Positions 19,286 to 28,453 of a DNA stretch of 64,000 nt are shown here, piece after piece. The stretch's first letter is position 1; each line of letters starts with the position of its first letter. The DNA comes from an uncultured virus (IMG/VR IMGVR_UViG_3300020125_000260) (lineage: Duplodnaviria; Heunggongvirae; Uroviricota; Caudoviricetes), in IMG/VR virus record IMGVR_UViG_3300020125_000260; one strand, 5' to 3'. A model generated the notes under the pieces. It ran no database searches. It was not told where the DNA came from and was given only the letters and a program-made list of their open reading frames with translations. The position numbers and the translations under genes are program-made.

Positions 19286-20244
19286 GGCTTCTCCTGCGCC
19301 ACGGGGCCCAGCGCGGCCCGTGGATGTCTTGGCATTTCGCACCAGAACTGGATAGGAAAATTAACCTTGACGTTTTCACATCCCCATGTTTGCCCTGATT
19401 CAAGCAGGAAGAACGGATGTAATGCTGAATAGAACATTTGGTCGATATAGCCGCCGACAAGATAGGTTCCACCTACCTTTGGCAATGCGACCGTAACGTC
19501 AATCCAGTCCCGCTCTCTGCGTAGCACGTCCAGCTCCCCCACGGCTTTGTTGTATTCAGGCCAGTAGTCGTGAGCGCGCCCCTCCAGGCTGCGGGATAGG
19601 ACAACTCTCGCCGCATCCTCAACCATACCCTTGTCCGCTGGAGTGCTCGAATTGCTAGCCCATTCTTCCGCGATCTCCTGCGCGATCCGCTCCAGCCCTG
19701 ACGGTTCGCAGTCAAGAATCTGTTGCAGGAACTTCGTCGCCAATTCGAACCACTTGCTGACTTTCTCTTGGCTGTCCTTCGATAGGGCTTTCCACTCCTG
19801 GTCTGGTAAAAGGTGAGCCTCGAAATCCCCCACAGGCTTCGCAGTAGGGTGGGTGGCCTTGTTCATTGAGGTGAGAACATTTTCCGCAGTACCACATAGA
19901 GCCTCCCGTAATGGTGAAAGTGTCCGCTCCAGCCCTGCCGGTGCCGCGCCGGGGGCCGGGCCGAATATCGCTATCGTGTCTGGGCAAACCGTGCAGTATT
20001 GGCGATAGTGCTGAGTACCATAGATTTTCTTGCCCCATTTCAGCGTATGGCTCTCATCGTTTGGACATTGCCAATACTTCAGCCGATTACCCTGCGGGGC
20101 TGGGTCTTGGGGAGATACTGCCGCTACGCCGAGTTCGAGGATTTCCTTCGACAACCTGACGGCCGCTTGGTACTCCCATGATTCGGGCTTGCAGTCGCCG
20201 AATATACGGTCTACCGCTTCCATCACTTTCGCTGTGTCCGTCAT
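19282..20244 (-). CDS. Mosaic hypothetical protein with C-terminal DUF551-like domain
   Basis: WIDVTVALP...FWCEMP. Confidence 0.55.
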   Translation of the reverse strand: MTDTAKVMEAVDRIFGDCKPESWEYQAAVRLSKEILELGVAAVSPQDPAPQGNRLKYWQCPNDESHTLKWGKKIYGTQHYRQYCTVCPDTIAIFGPAPGAAPAGLERTLSPLREALCGTAENVLTSMNKATHPTAKPVGDFEAHLLPDQEWKALSKDSQEKVSKWFELATKFLQQILDCEPSGLERIAQEIAEEWASNSSTPADKGMVEDAARVVLSRSLEGRAHDYWPEYNKAVGELDVLRRERDWIDVTVALPKVGGTYLVGGYIDQMFYSALHPFFLLESGQTWGCENVKVNFPIQFWCEMPRHPRAALGPVAQEKP

Positions 20245-20378
20245 TGTCCCGCCTCCTGTGCGCCGAAGAATTGCTCCGCAAATGCTTCCGCAACCGTAAG
20301 CATCCAGTTACGATAGATCGGCTCCATTGGTGGCCTGAAACCCTGTTTTATTTGCGACTCCAGCCAATCGTCAAGCCA

Positions 20379-21146
20379 CTACTTAACATCGGGGCGTGGT
20401 GTGAGGCTCGGGGCCGCAGCCTTGTCCAGCTTCTCGCAGATTTCCTTAATGCGCTTCTGTACATTGTCAGGATGCAACCGTTGAACATCGAACATAAGCT
20501 GGCTCAATTCTTCGATGATTGGCTTGAGTAGCCCCGCACTTTCCTCTGTGCCTCTCGCTGCTACATTACATGTCGGGCAAACGGGTTGTGGCTCCTTGTG
20601 TTCACTGCAAAGGCTGACTGTGCCGCTCACGGAACGGGCCAGCAGAGTCGACGTTTTTATGCGATCTTGAATGTCACCAGGTAGTCGATAGATGAGAGGC
20701 GGCTGCTCCTCCGTGGATGCTCCCCGCACTCGCGTACAGTCATCTCCACCATCACCGCGTGAGTGGTCCACTTCAGGGGAGAACCGGCTTGAATACATCG
20801 TGGCCGACCCTTCCGCTCCATAGTGGATTGTCGAAGCCTGCAAGCCTTGCTCTTTCATCTCCTGCTCTGAGTAGAGCGGGGACGCTTTGCCCGCCGACCA
20901 ATCAACCTTTGGACAATGGAAATGGTTGCGCTCATCTGGGCAAGTGTGACCTTTCATCACAGTATCACTTCCGCATTCGTGACCAGTTAACGTACATAAT
21001 GGCGGGGACGCTTCGCCTGAGATGGGCTCGGGCTCGGCCAGTGGACAGCCTTTAATGTGACCTGCCGAATATTTAGACCATGTATTGTCGATTTCTCGAC
21101 ATCTGCACTGCCGTCCGCTATTTGCCCTCATCGCCCTACCCCTCAT
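20379..21146 (-). CDS. Cys-rich mosaic hypothetical protein
   Basis: Long ORF with several Cys/His clusters. Confidence 0.45.
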   Translation of the reverse strand: MRGRAMRANSGRQCRCREIDNTWSKYSAGHIKGCPLAEPEPISGEASPPLCTLTGHECGSDTVMKGHTCPDERNHFHCPKVDWSAGKASPLYSEQEMKEQGLQASTIHYGAEGSATMYSSRFSPEVDHSRGDGGDDCTRVRGASTEEQPPLIYRLPGDIQDRIKTSTLLARSVSGTVSLCSEHKEPQPVCPTCNVAARGTEESAGLLKPIIEELSQLMFDVQRLHPDNVQKRIKEICEKLDKAAAPSLTPRPDVK

Positions 21147-21182
21147 GTACGCGGATTATCGTGATAGCTCACTGTGCGCCTC

Positions 21183-22550
21183 CTATAACCACTCGACAAT
21201 CTTCGGGTCGAAGTTGCAGTGCTCGATGAATTTCTCCCGCTGGCCAACCAGCCTGAGTCCTTCCAGCGTTCTACACCGTGACATTGCGACGTAGAGCATC
21301 CCATAGCTCTTGAAGAAATGTTTGCGGAAGTCTATTTGAACGGCATCTAAAGTCAGTGACTGACTTTTATGCACCGACGTTGCCGTGGCGAGGCGCACCG
21401 GCCAGCGTTCTATCTGGCCCATGACCCAGCGACGCACGCGGCTGCGATAATGCTGGCGCGGAATCCAGCCACCATCATCGTCCTGCTTGGGAACCTTGTA
21501 ACTACCAGTGTACTTGGCGGGTCGTTCATCGTATTCCACGCCCATCACCTGACGATGGATATATACTTCCTTGCCGGTCCTGCGGAGCTTCACGCAGATG
21601 AACGGCTCTCCGAGATGGGGATTTATATTCACTTCATGCGCTACCACTTCGCCGCAGTCGCCGTTCACGTATTCAAAATCCGGGGCATTGACTAGGAGCA
21701 TCACATATGCCCCGATCTTCAGTTCCACCGATGGAGGAATGCCCCAGACCATCTTCCCCCGCTTCAGCTTCAGCTCCCATTCGCCGCGCTCCTGCCCCCA
21801 GCGGCGATTATCTGCGCGGAACCTCTCGCCCTTGACCTGATCCAGCGCGTAGTTGTTATAAGTGTCCACGTCATCGTTGTAGGGCAGGATGGTGGTTCCC
21901 CTGAAATCCGGGTCGAGCGCGGTCTCGAACCTCGCGCCGAGCGAGGTGAGGACTTCCACCGCTGCTGCGCCCTCGCCGCGACGCACGAGATTGAGCGCTT
22001 CGAGAAAGCGGGCGTCGCCCTGGCGCCAGACCTTGGCCAGCCGCGTGGTGTTCTCGGCGAAGCGGCGCCAGCAGGAGGCTTCGAATGCCCACTTCGCTTT
22101 GATCGGCGCAAGCTGCGCAAAATCTCCCACGAGGGTGATACCCATTGGCGTCGCGACATCCACATAGCGGTTCGCGTCCTCCACCCCGCGATACCAGATG
22201 TCCAGCTGTTCCGCATCGGCCATCGAGACCTCATCGACAATCAGGCGGCGGTACTGCTTGGCTAGGGAGTGGAGCACTCGGCTGAGGACTCCGGTGAGGA
22301 AGTGGTCGCGTAGGCAGCGGGTGTCGGAGTACTTCAAGAGACTGTTTACGGTGATGGCTCCGAGGTTGACGCCGGCGATTCCGGTGACGGCGGACAACAC
22401 TCCATAGGCAGGGTCTTCAGCAACCGCCTTGACGCAGTTGTATGTCTTCCCTGTCCCCGCCGGGCCAGTTATGAACTCGCACGGCGGTGGCTGCTCCGCC
22501 CGCGCGACCTGCTCGGTGGCGAGGCCTTCTTCGATGTCGTAGTCGTTCAC
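21183..22550 (-). CDS. Pif1/RecD-like SF1B helicase
   Basis: GPAGTGKT, IVDEVSM, GDFAQLAP, VWRQ, SVHKSQSLTL, YVAMSR. Confidence 0.92.
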   Translation of the reverse strand: MNDYDIEEGLATEQVARAEQPPPCEFITGPAGTGKTYNCVKAVAEDPAYGVLSAVTGIAGVNLGAITVNSLLKYSDTRCLRDHFLTGVLSRVLHSLAKQYRRLIVDEVSMADAEQLDIWYRGVEDANRYVDVATPMGITLVGDFAQLAPIKAKWAFEASCWRRFAENTTRLAKVWRQGDARFLEALNLVRRGEGAAAVEVLTSLGARFETALDPDFRGTTILPYNDDVDTYNNYALDQVKGERFRADNRRWGQERGEWELKLKRGKMVWGIPPSVELKIGAYVMLLVNAPDFEYVNGDCGEVVAHEVNINPHLGEPFICVKLRRTGKEVYIHRQVMGVEYDERPAKYTGSYKVPKQDDDGGWIPRQHYRSRVRRWVMGQIERWPVRLATATSVHKSQSLTLDAVQIDFRKHFFKSYGMLYVAMSRCRTLEGLRLVGQREKFIEHCNFDPKIVEWL

Positions 22551-22750
22551 CTGATCTCCACGAGGAACACGGTTTCATCCAGCACCCCAGAGTAGGAGCA
22601 CTTTATGGATAGATGTTCCTCTATCCACGACTCCAAAGCTGGAGCGTGTTTTTCGTTCTGTCCCGCCAGTCCTGACTTGAAGGGAGTGAATTGTGGAGGA
22701 AGTTGCTTCCTCAGATTGGTGCCATCAATCCTGCTTATGTTCATATTCAT
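22547..22750 (-). CDS. Hypothetical protein
   Basis: Coupled ORF. Confidence 0.4.
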   Translation of the reverse strand: MNMNISRIDGTNLRKQLPPQFTPFKSGLAGQNEKHAPALESWIEEHLSIKCSYSGVLDETVFLVEIR

Positions 22751-22753
22751 AAA

Positions 22754-23074
22754 TTATGATCCCGCCCTCCGCTTCATCGGCCGCAACAGCTTCATCCCCC
22801 GCCGGAATTCCATCACCGGGACCGGCACGATCCTCGCCGGCGGCTCCTCCGGTCGCGGTCGCCTGCCCGCCGCCATCAGAGGGAACTTCTCCCTCGCCTC
22901 GCGGAGGAACCGGGCGTAGAGCCCCGGGCGATGCTCCCGCATCCAGCGGTGGCAGAGCGCGTAGACCAGGTTCTGGCGGCGGCGGGAGGGGGTGTAGGAC
23001 ACGGCGGCTACCTCTTTGCCAGCGATAGCGACAGCCGCTTGCTGGCTTCGACTGCTGCTACACAGCGATAGCAC
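22754..23074 (-). CDS. Basic hypothetical protein
   Basis: Arg-rich ORF in operon; true start probably GTG near 23001. Confidence 0.4.
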   Translation of the reverse strand: MLSLCSSSRSQQAAVAIAGKEVAAVSYTPSRRRQNLVYALCHRWMREHRPGLYARFLREAREKFPLMAAGRRPRPEEPPARIVPVPVMEFRRGMKLLRPMKRRAGS

Positions 23075-23220
23075 GCTGCGAACGCACGGTTGTCGGGAGT
23101 AGCGAACAACTCCCTAGCTTGTGCCGTATGTTCCGGTGTATCACACACCGGAGCATTAGTGACAAACGTCTGAACTATCCTGAGCGATGGCCAGTCCTCG
23201 GGAGTGACACGCGTGTTCAC
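23008..23220 (-). CDS. Hypothetical protein
   Basis: GGAGG RBS, coupled. Confidence 0.45.
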   Translation of the reverse strand: MNTRVTPEDWPSLRIVQTFVTNAPVCDTPEHTAQARELFATPDNRAFAACYRCVAAVEASKRLSLSLAKR

Positions 23221-23630
23221 GCAGCACCTCCCTCCGGCGGCCTCGGGGCCAGGTGCGTCGCCGGGGACAGCGCGGGCGGGGCAGCGTTGTTTGCGTTGTC
23301 CGATCCTGTGTTCTGTTTCGCCGCGAGATTAGCGCGTCGCGTGGCTCCCGCCTTCAGCGCGCGCTGCCGTGCGGCCTTCGACCCGGCCTTAACCTTGCGA
23401 CTGGCAGCGGCAGCAGGTTGCGCTGGGCTGGCCTGACCGACCGGCTGCTGGCCGTTGCCCGATTGCGTCACGCGATAGATGTCGAGCAGCGTCTTTGTCG
23501 TGGCGCGGTCATGCGCTATGGCCAATGTACTGCGAGCTTCCGCCAGTTCCTGTTCGGATTCGTAATCCTGCTCCGATACCAGCCCGAGCATGTGACGACG
23601 GTGATTTTCAATGATGGTTGCGATGTCCAT
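23217..23630 (-). CDS. Hypothetical protein with basic Ala/Lys/Arg-rich tail
   Basis: GAGGAG RBS; RKVKAGSKAARQRALKAGATRR. Confidence 0.55.
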   Translation of the reverse strand: MDIATIIENHRRHMLGLVSEQDYESEQELAEARSTLAIAHDRATTKTLLDIYRVTQSGNGQQPVGQASPAQPAAAASRKVKAGSKAARQRALKAGATRRANLAAKQNTGSDNANNAAPPALSPATHLAPRPPEGGAA

Positions 23631-23656
23631 GGTGCGGTTTCTCCTCGTAGTTGAAT

Positions 23657-24100
23657 TTAAGTCTCTAGGTAGCGCACTGGCTTCCCACTGGCCAGCGCAT
23701 AGTCAATCTCGCCCCGCGTGGAGTTGCCGATGTAGCCTCCCACATTCAGCACCAGCACCTCATCCGCGAGGTCGATCTTCCGCTTGTGTAGTTCGTCGAG
23801 GGCTTCCTTCACCTTGTCGAACTCGTCCACCGGAACGTAGCCACCGAATGACTTATCGTCGCGGTCGTCGCATCTCGCGGCTCCGATGGACAGGATGATG
23901 TTTCCAGCAATGGTCTCACGCAGGCTGGCCTCTTGGAACTCCCGCCAGAAGCGAGTGGAACCACATAGGCACACAATCTTCGGCAGCGTCTCAAGGTAGT
24001 AGCGCAGAGTGCTATCGAATTGGTGGGCCATGCGTGGGAAGTCATCATCCACGATAGCGGTCTCGCGGAACGCCTTGGCGATGTTAAGGAAATCCCTCAT
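23657..24100 (-). CDS. Nucleoside 2-deoxyribosyltransferase-like fold protein
   Basis: IVCLCGSTRF...HKRKIDLADEVLVLNVGGYIGNSTRGEIDYA; ATGA-coupled start. Confidence 0.65.
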   Translation of the reverse strand: MRDFLNIAKAFRETAIVDDDFPRMAHQFDSTLRYYLETLPKIVCLCGSTRFWREFQEASLRETIAGNIILSIGAARCDDRDDKSFGGYVPVDEFDKVKEALDELHKRKIDLADEVLVLNVGGYIGNSTRGEIDYALASGKPVRYLET

Positions 24101-24345
24101 GGATACACCACCGGCCTGAATGTAGCCTTCAGCTTGGCCCAAAATCCCACAGGTTCCTTGGTAGTTCCCTGGCAGCGCGGGCACACTATTTCCCTTACCT
24201 CACCCGCACAGTGTTGCAGTCTAAGGTAGCCGTTCAATATGCCACCACAGAGAGTACAAACACCCTGCGGAGGCTTATCTACAGGAACAAACATCATTGT
24301 TTTAATCATATTAATACCTATATCTATAACTACATTATGGGCCAC
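24097..24345 (-). CDS. Small zinc-finger protein
   Basis: CTLCGG...CPRCQG. Confidence 0.45.
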   Translation of the reverse strand: MAHNVVIDIGINMIKTMMFVPVDKPPQGVCTLCGGILNGYLRLQHCAGEVREIVCPRCQGTTKEPVGFWAKLKATFRPVVYP

Positions 24346-24390
24346 TCAGCGTGGTCGCCGAGTGCGTTGTTGATTCCGATATCTATATAC

Positions 24391-24651
24391 TTAACTTCCG
24401 TATCCGCCATTTCCCAAGTTGCGCCGCAAAGTAAGCGGTACGGGGCCAGTAATACTGCCATCGGGATGAATTTCCGTGAAATCCCCAATCGCACACGCTG
24501 GAGTAATTGAAGCTATATGCTTACCGCTTTTTTCAACGTGAATAACCAATCCAGCCTCAGCACAAGCCATAACTTCACCCGGCTTTGCGCGTAATTCCAT
24601 CATTGAAATAACAGCCTCTTTCCCAGCGTAATCGCGCTTCGGTAGTGTCAT
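24391..24651 (-). CDS. Phd/YefM antitoxin-like protein
   Basis: ISMMELRAKPGEVM...IHVEKSGKHIASITP matches the Phd N-terminal pattern; GGAGG RBS before ATG 24651. Confidence 0.6.
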   Translation of the reverse strand: MTLPKRDYAGKEAVISMMELRAKPGEVMACAEAGLVIHVEKSGKHIASITPACAIGDFTEIHPDGSITGPVPLTLRRNLGNGGYGS

Positions 24652-24669
24652 TCTTTGGCCTCCAATATA

Positions 24670-25076
24670 ATCACTATTCCATGGATGCCAGACCCCCCGC
24701 GCCGGGGGATGCGGATGCTGCGGCGCGGGAGTCCAGCGGTCGTCCAGTATTGAGTGCCCTTCGCGGGTCTTTATACTGTCCCATGCAGCGGGACGGGCAC
24801 TCAGACCGGACATCCTGATGGGTATGGCCGAGTGACCAGCCATGTTTAAGTGGGCGTTAATGCTTTAAACCAGGAAACATTGAGTACCCACACCCATCGG
24901 TCAATGTACTTCCAGCAGGATCATCGCCGTCCTTATTTCGAAGGGAGCAAAGGAGAGTCGGCTCCCCTGCTGGAAACTTAATCGGCTGAGGCCCCTTCGG
25001 CTACCGAAGTCGGATTACAAATCCGGTGCTAGCTCCTGCCTCAGCCTTTTCCCGAGCCCTGCTAGCGGGCATCGGA
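24670..25076 (-). ncRNA. Candidate multi-domain structured RNA including a tRNA-Thr(UGU)-like domain (24984-25046)
   Basis: At least six inverted-repeat stems in a gene-free interval; G-U pairs favour the minus strand. Confidence 0.5.
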
Positions 25077-25080
25077 ACTT

Positions 25081-25959
25081 CTATTTCTTCCCCTGCGAGT
25101 CCAGCGCAAAGAACTGCACCGCCATCGCCCGCGCCTTGGTCGTCCCGTGCGCGCGGTTCACCAGGCACGGCAGGTCGGGCGAGTACTGCCCCGGCTTGCC
25201 CGGCAGCGATGGGAACCGCTGCATGCCGTCGGTGGACTTCGGATACGCCGTCCCGCCGGCCTTCGCAGCCTGCCCACACACGTCGCAGCTGGCTGACCAT
25301 TCACTCCGGCAGAGGATCTCCGGCTCACCCGCGAGGAACTTAATGAAAATCTCCATCAGCGACTTGTGCCCGTAAGTCTGATTAAGCACCAGCCAGGGCG
25401 AACCGTCGGGACGCTTCCCCGCGAGCGTGAGGATCGTCATGATCTTGGACAATCCCTTCTGCGAGCTCCGCGTGTCCGTCCACTTGTACGGCACCTGAAG
25501 GAACACACCGTCCAGCTCCGGGAACCGCGGGTCGATGATCTGCACGTCCATGATAGTCTTGGCGAACGTGCCAGTGACGTTGCCGTTACGGTCCTTGGCC
25601 ACGGCCGGCACCCACTGGGCGACTTCCCCGCCCGCAAGGTACTGCGAGATGTCCACGTTCGCGCCAACGTCCTCCTGTTTCACGCCGCGGAGCTTCAGCT
25701 TCACGCGATAGATCCCGTCCGGCGCCGGTGGCGGGGCTGCGAATGCGTCACCCTCCTTGGCGGTGAGCAATTCGGATGTGAGCGCCGGGTCGTTGATGTC
25801 GGGCAGCGGCTCGGGGACGTGCTGCGTCGAGTTGTCTAGCGGCGGTGCAGCGGCTACGCCATTCGCGGCGGTTGCTGGCTGGTTGGTGGTGTTGCCAAAG
25901 GGTGAGGCCCCGGCGTTCGGCTGGCCTCCGGTTGCGAATGGATTGGTCGTTGATGACAT
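25081..25959 (-). CDS. Putative single-stranded DNA-binding protein (DUF669-like)
   Basis: PAPDGIYRVKL pattern, position after the Sak4-like ATPase; GAGGAG RBS; CxxC..C..H near the C-terminus. Confidence 0.5.
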   Translation of the reverse strand: MSSTTNPFATGGQPNAGASPFGNTTNQPATAANGVAAAPPLDNSTQHVPEPLPDINDPALTSELLTAKEGDAFAAPPPAPDGIYRVKLKLRGVKQEDVGANVDISQYLAGGEVAQWVPAVAKDRNGNVTGTFAKTIMDVQIIDPRFPELDGVFLQVPYKWTDTRSSQKGLSKIMTILTLAGKRPDGSPWLVLNQTYGHKSLMEIFIKFLAGEPEILCRSEWSASCDVCGQAAKAGGTAYPKSTDGMQRFPSLPGKPGQYSPDLPCLVNRAHGTTKARAMAVQFFALDSQGKK

Positions 25960-26008
25960 GATGTCTCCTCGTTTCAATGATTCCGCTGATGACCCGCAGC
26001 GGCGGGCG

Positions 26009-26146
26009 TTATCTTCCGTGGCAGTCAGCACAAGGCTTGGTCTGCCCACAGGACTCACACTTGCCATAGCTCATGCCGTAGGGAATCTCCTCCAGTTGCT
26101 TGTTCTTGCAGTCCGTTTTGGCATGGCACTCAGTACATAAGAACAT
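26009..26146 (-). CDS. 45-aa Cys-rich zinc-finger protein (not in ORF track)
   Basis: GGAGG RBS; MFLCTECHAKTDC...CESCGQTKPCADCHGR*. Confidence 0.55.
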   Translation of the reverse strand: MFLCTECHAKTDCKNKQLEEIPYGMSYGKCESCGQTKPCADCHGR

Positions 26147-26205
26147 GATCGATACCTCCGATTCCGCTGCGAGTGTCCCGCGCAGGGGCGGGTTGCAAAT
26201 CGTGG

Positions 26206-26496
26206 TTATACCGGACAGTCCTTCAGCAGCTTCTCACACTGTTGTACTATCCGCAGTGCCTTCTCCGGTGGAGCGAAGTACACCGCTTCCTTGGCCTTGG
26301 TAATCAGGGCCTCATTGCGCTTCTTGGCCTTGCACGAGCGCAGGCTCTCAGCCTTGTCCCAGCGTTCGATGGTTTTGCGCGCACGTTTCACTTCCGAAGG
26401 CTCAGGCGTGGGCTTGTAACCATTCATCTGGTAGATACTCGGCACGCGGCCCAGCAGATACCGCTGTTGATCTGTTAGTTTCTTGCTATCTTTCAT
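26206..26496 (-). CDS. Hypothetical protein
   Basis: GGAGG RBS, coupled. Confidence 0.5.
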   Translation of the reverse strand: MKDSKKLTDQQRYLLGRVPSIYQMNGYKPTPEPSEVKRARKTIERWDKAESLRSCKAKKRNEALITKAKEAVYFAPPEKALRIVQQCEKLLKDCPV

Positions 26497-27542
26497 GATT
26501 TCCTCCCCAAGAGATGGTCGGCGCGATTACGCCAGTTGCTAAGGCTCTCGCCCCGGCTCGCGTCCGCCGCCAGCCTGTCCACCGCCTCCATGTACAAATC
26601 AATCCCGTGCTCGGTCGTCGGGGTGAAGAAGCCGCCGGGAAATTCCTTCTCCAGCTCCGCAATCTTCTCCGGCGCGCACCTCGGCTTCGCTGGGAACATG
26701 ATCCCCGTCGCCGGGTCCGGGTGCTTGCGATAGAACATGCGCACCTGCACGTCGATCACCGTCTGCGGAACCTGCTTCGAGGGATCGGCGGGGTCAGCCA
26801 CCTGAATCACTCTCGGTACTGCGTAGTCCTGCCCGTGGATGAGATCGCCGAACCAGCTACCGCACTGCGCGGTGGCCTTCTTCCCCGGCAGCGCAGGACC
26901 ATATATAGTGCTGCGGTCGTCGTCCTCGGTCTTCGATTCCAGCGCCGTGTACATCACCGCATGGCAGGGCAGCGAGTTGAAGTTGTTGACCAGGCCGTAG
27001 AGCGTGTTCTGCGCGAAGCCGAAGTCGCCGCGAGTGTTGCTGCCGAAGGTCTCCACTACCGGCGCGCCGTTGACCACTACCCCCTGCGTGAAGCTCATGT
27101 TGTTGCCGTTGCGGTTCTCCCCGCCGACCGCTTGGCCCTTGTCCGGGAGGTAGCGCATGATCACTTGGCCGATGGAGGTCAGGCCCTCGACTGCGATCCC
27201 GCCGATCTCATTCCAGTTGATCGGAACCATTGACGCCGAGTTGAAGTCCTGACTCCCGGCGAACAGCCCAGCTACCGCCTCGTTGATCGCGTCCACGTTC
27301 TTCGGCCAGTAGCCCTGCGAGACCTTCCTCAGCAGCGACAGCGGCGTGTTGGCCGTCTCGCAGCGCCACGGGATGATCATCCCCGCGATGATCTCCGGCT
27401 CGCACGGTGCCCAGCCGCCGCCGTCGGTCGAGAGCAGAAGGGTGGCCTTGCCGGTGACCTCAGCTATGCGTCTTGCAAAAAACTTAATTTGCGTGGACTT
27501 CCAGTTGCCCGTCGATGAATATAGACAGATGGACTTAGCCAT
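26493..27542 (-). CDS. Sak4/AAA_24-like recombination ATPase
   Basis: Variant Walker A LYSSTGNWKST, LSTDGG, Walker B IAVEGLTS, YGPALPGK, AKPR. Confidence 0.65.
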   Translation of the reverse strand: MAKSICLYSSTGNWKSTQIKFFARRIAEVTGKATLLLSTDGGGWAPCEPEIIAGMIIPWRCETANTPLSLLRKVSQGYWPKNVDAINEAVAGLFAGSQDFNSASMVPINWNEIGGIAVEGLTSIGQVIMRYLPDKGQAVGGENRNGNNMSFTQGVVVNGAPVVETFGSNTRGDFGFAQNTLYGLVNNFNSLPCHAVMYTALESKTEDDDRSTIYGPALPGKKATAQCGSWFGDLIHGQDYAVPRVIQVADPADPSKQVPQTVIDVQVRMFYRKHPDPATGIMFPAKPRCAPEKIAELEKEFPGGFFTPTTEHGIDLYMEAVDRLAADASRGESLSNWRNRADHLLGRKS

Positions 27543-27858
27543 TAGACTTCCCATCCTTCTCCAGCCTCTTTAACAGCGGAGACTTGGTAAATATCCTGTC
27601 AATGGCGGCAACTGCCTCTGTTGTATCTGCTGCTTTATTGCCTTGCAGCCATCTCCTATAATCACCAAGAATATCGTCTGTCGTTGAGTTGGGAGCCAAT
27701 GTGAACTTATAGCCGTTAAATTCAAAGAAAATATTCAATCCTGTGGCTTTGGCCGCATGCAATCCCGCATTCACAGCAGTCTCGACGTTATGACCCAATA
27801 CACACTTCACATTAAGTGTGAGGCTCGACAATATATATTCAGCCACGCGACCCTCCAA
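27535..27858 (-). CDS. Hypothetical protein
   Basis: ORF in operon. Confidence 0.5.
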   Translation of the reverse strand: MEGRVAEYILSSLTLNVKCVLGHNVETAVNAGLHAAKATGLNIFFEFNGYKFTLAPNSTTDDILGDYRRWLQGNKAADTTEAVAAIDRIFTKSPLLKRLEKDGKSNG

Positions 27859-28213
27859 CTTGCGCCTCCTCCTGTGGAGACAGCAGCGGGTCGCACTCGT
27901 ACTCCGCCGGGACGGCTGGCTTCACCACTCGGCAAACCGCATTGCGATTGGCCCTGACCTGCAACATCGGTGCAAACTGCGGAATTAACACGTAATCTTC
28001 GTCGTTCCCGCCCTTGGTCGCGGTGCCGATGGCCTTGGCTGCTAAGAGGAACCGCTTCTTATCACCGAAGTAGTCAAGCACCATGTAGGACTTCTTGTAC
28101 GTGGGACTGTAATAATCCGGCATGTCGAACTCAGGCCGGTCGAGCAGGCCCGCAGCTATCTTGGTGATTTCCCGTGCATATTCGTGTGAAGTCATCGCAT
28201 CTCCCCTTTTCAA
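27839..28213 (-). CDS. Hypothetical protein
   Basis: ORF in operon. Confidence 0.5.
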   Translation of the reverse strand: MKRGDAMTSHEYAREITKIAAGLLDRPEFDMPDYYSPTYKKSYMVLDYFGDKKRFLLAAKAIGTATKGGNDEDYVLIPQFAPMLQVRANRNAVCRVVKPAVPAEYECDPLLSPQEEAQVGGSRG

Positions 28214-28402
28214 TTACTTCTGTTTTCCGTTCTTGTGCCCCAGCATCCAGATAAGAATGTTCCTCAAGGTCTCCGCGCTGGGTGCCCGCCCCTGCTCGAT
28301 CCGGCAGAGCGTCGAAGCGTCGGTTCCGATCATCTCCGCAGCCGTGCGCATGTCGATCTCCGACATCAGCCGCCATTTCCTCAGCACTTCGCCTAACTGC
28401 AC
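28214..28402 (-). CDS. XRE/Cro-like HTH regulator
   Basis: LRKWR...AAEMIGTDASTLCRIEQGRAPS; GGAGG RBS. Confidence 0.85.
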   Translation of the reverse strand: MQLGEVLRKWRLMSEIDMRTAAEMIGTDASTLCRIEQGRAPSAETLRNILIWMLGHKNGKQK

Positions 28403-28453
28403 GGAACCTCCTTCAGGGACTTAACCGTTTCAACAACATTTCACTGTGGCAAC

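Noticed and set aside
24652..24843. N-terminal extension of ORF 24391-24843
   Set aside because: A strong RBS and the Phd-like domain begin at 24651; the extension runs through the RNA stems
24810..24880. Hammerhead ribozyme suggested by CTGATG...GAAA
   Set aside because: Core reads CTGATGG rather than CTGATGA and flanking stems do not assemble; attempts to fit HDV-like, twister and pistol consensus also failed
24984..25046. Canonical tRNA-Thr gene
   Set aside because: Too short, with no D arm, no TTCRA loop and no CCA; kept only as a tRNA-like candidate
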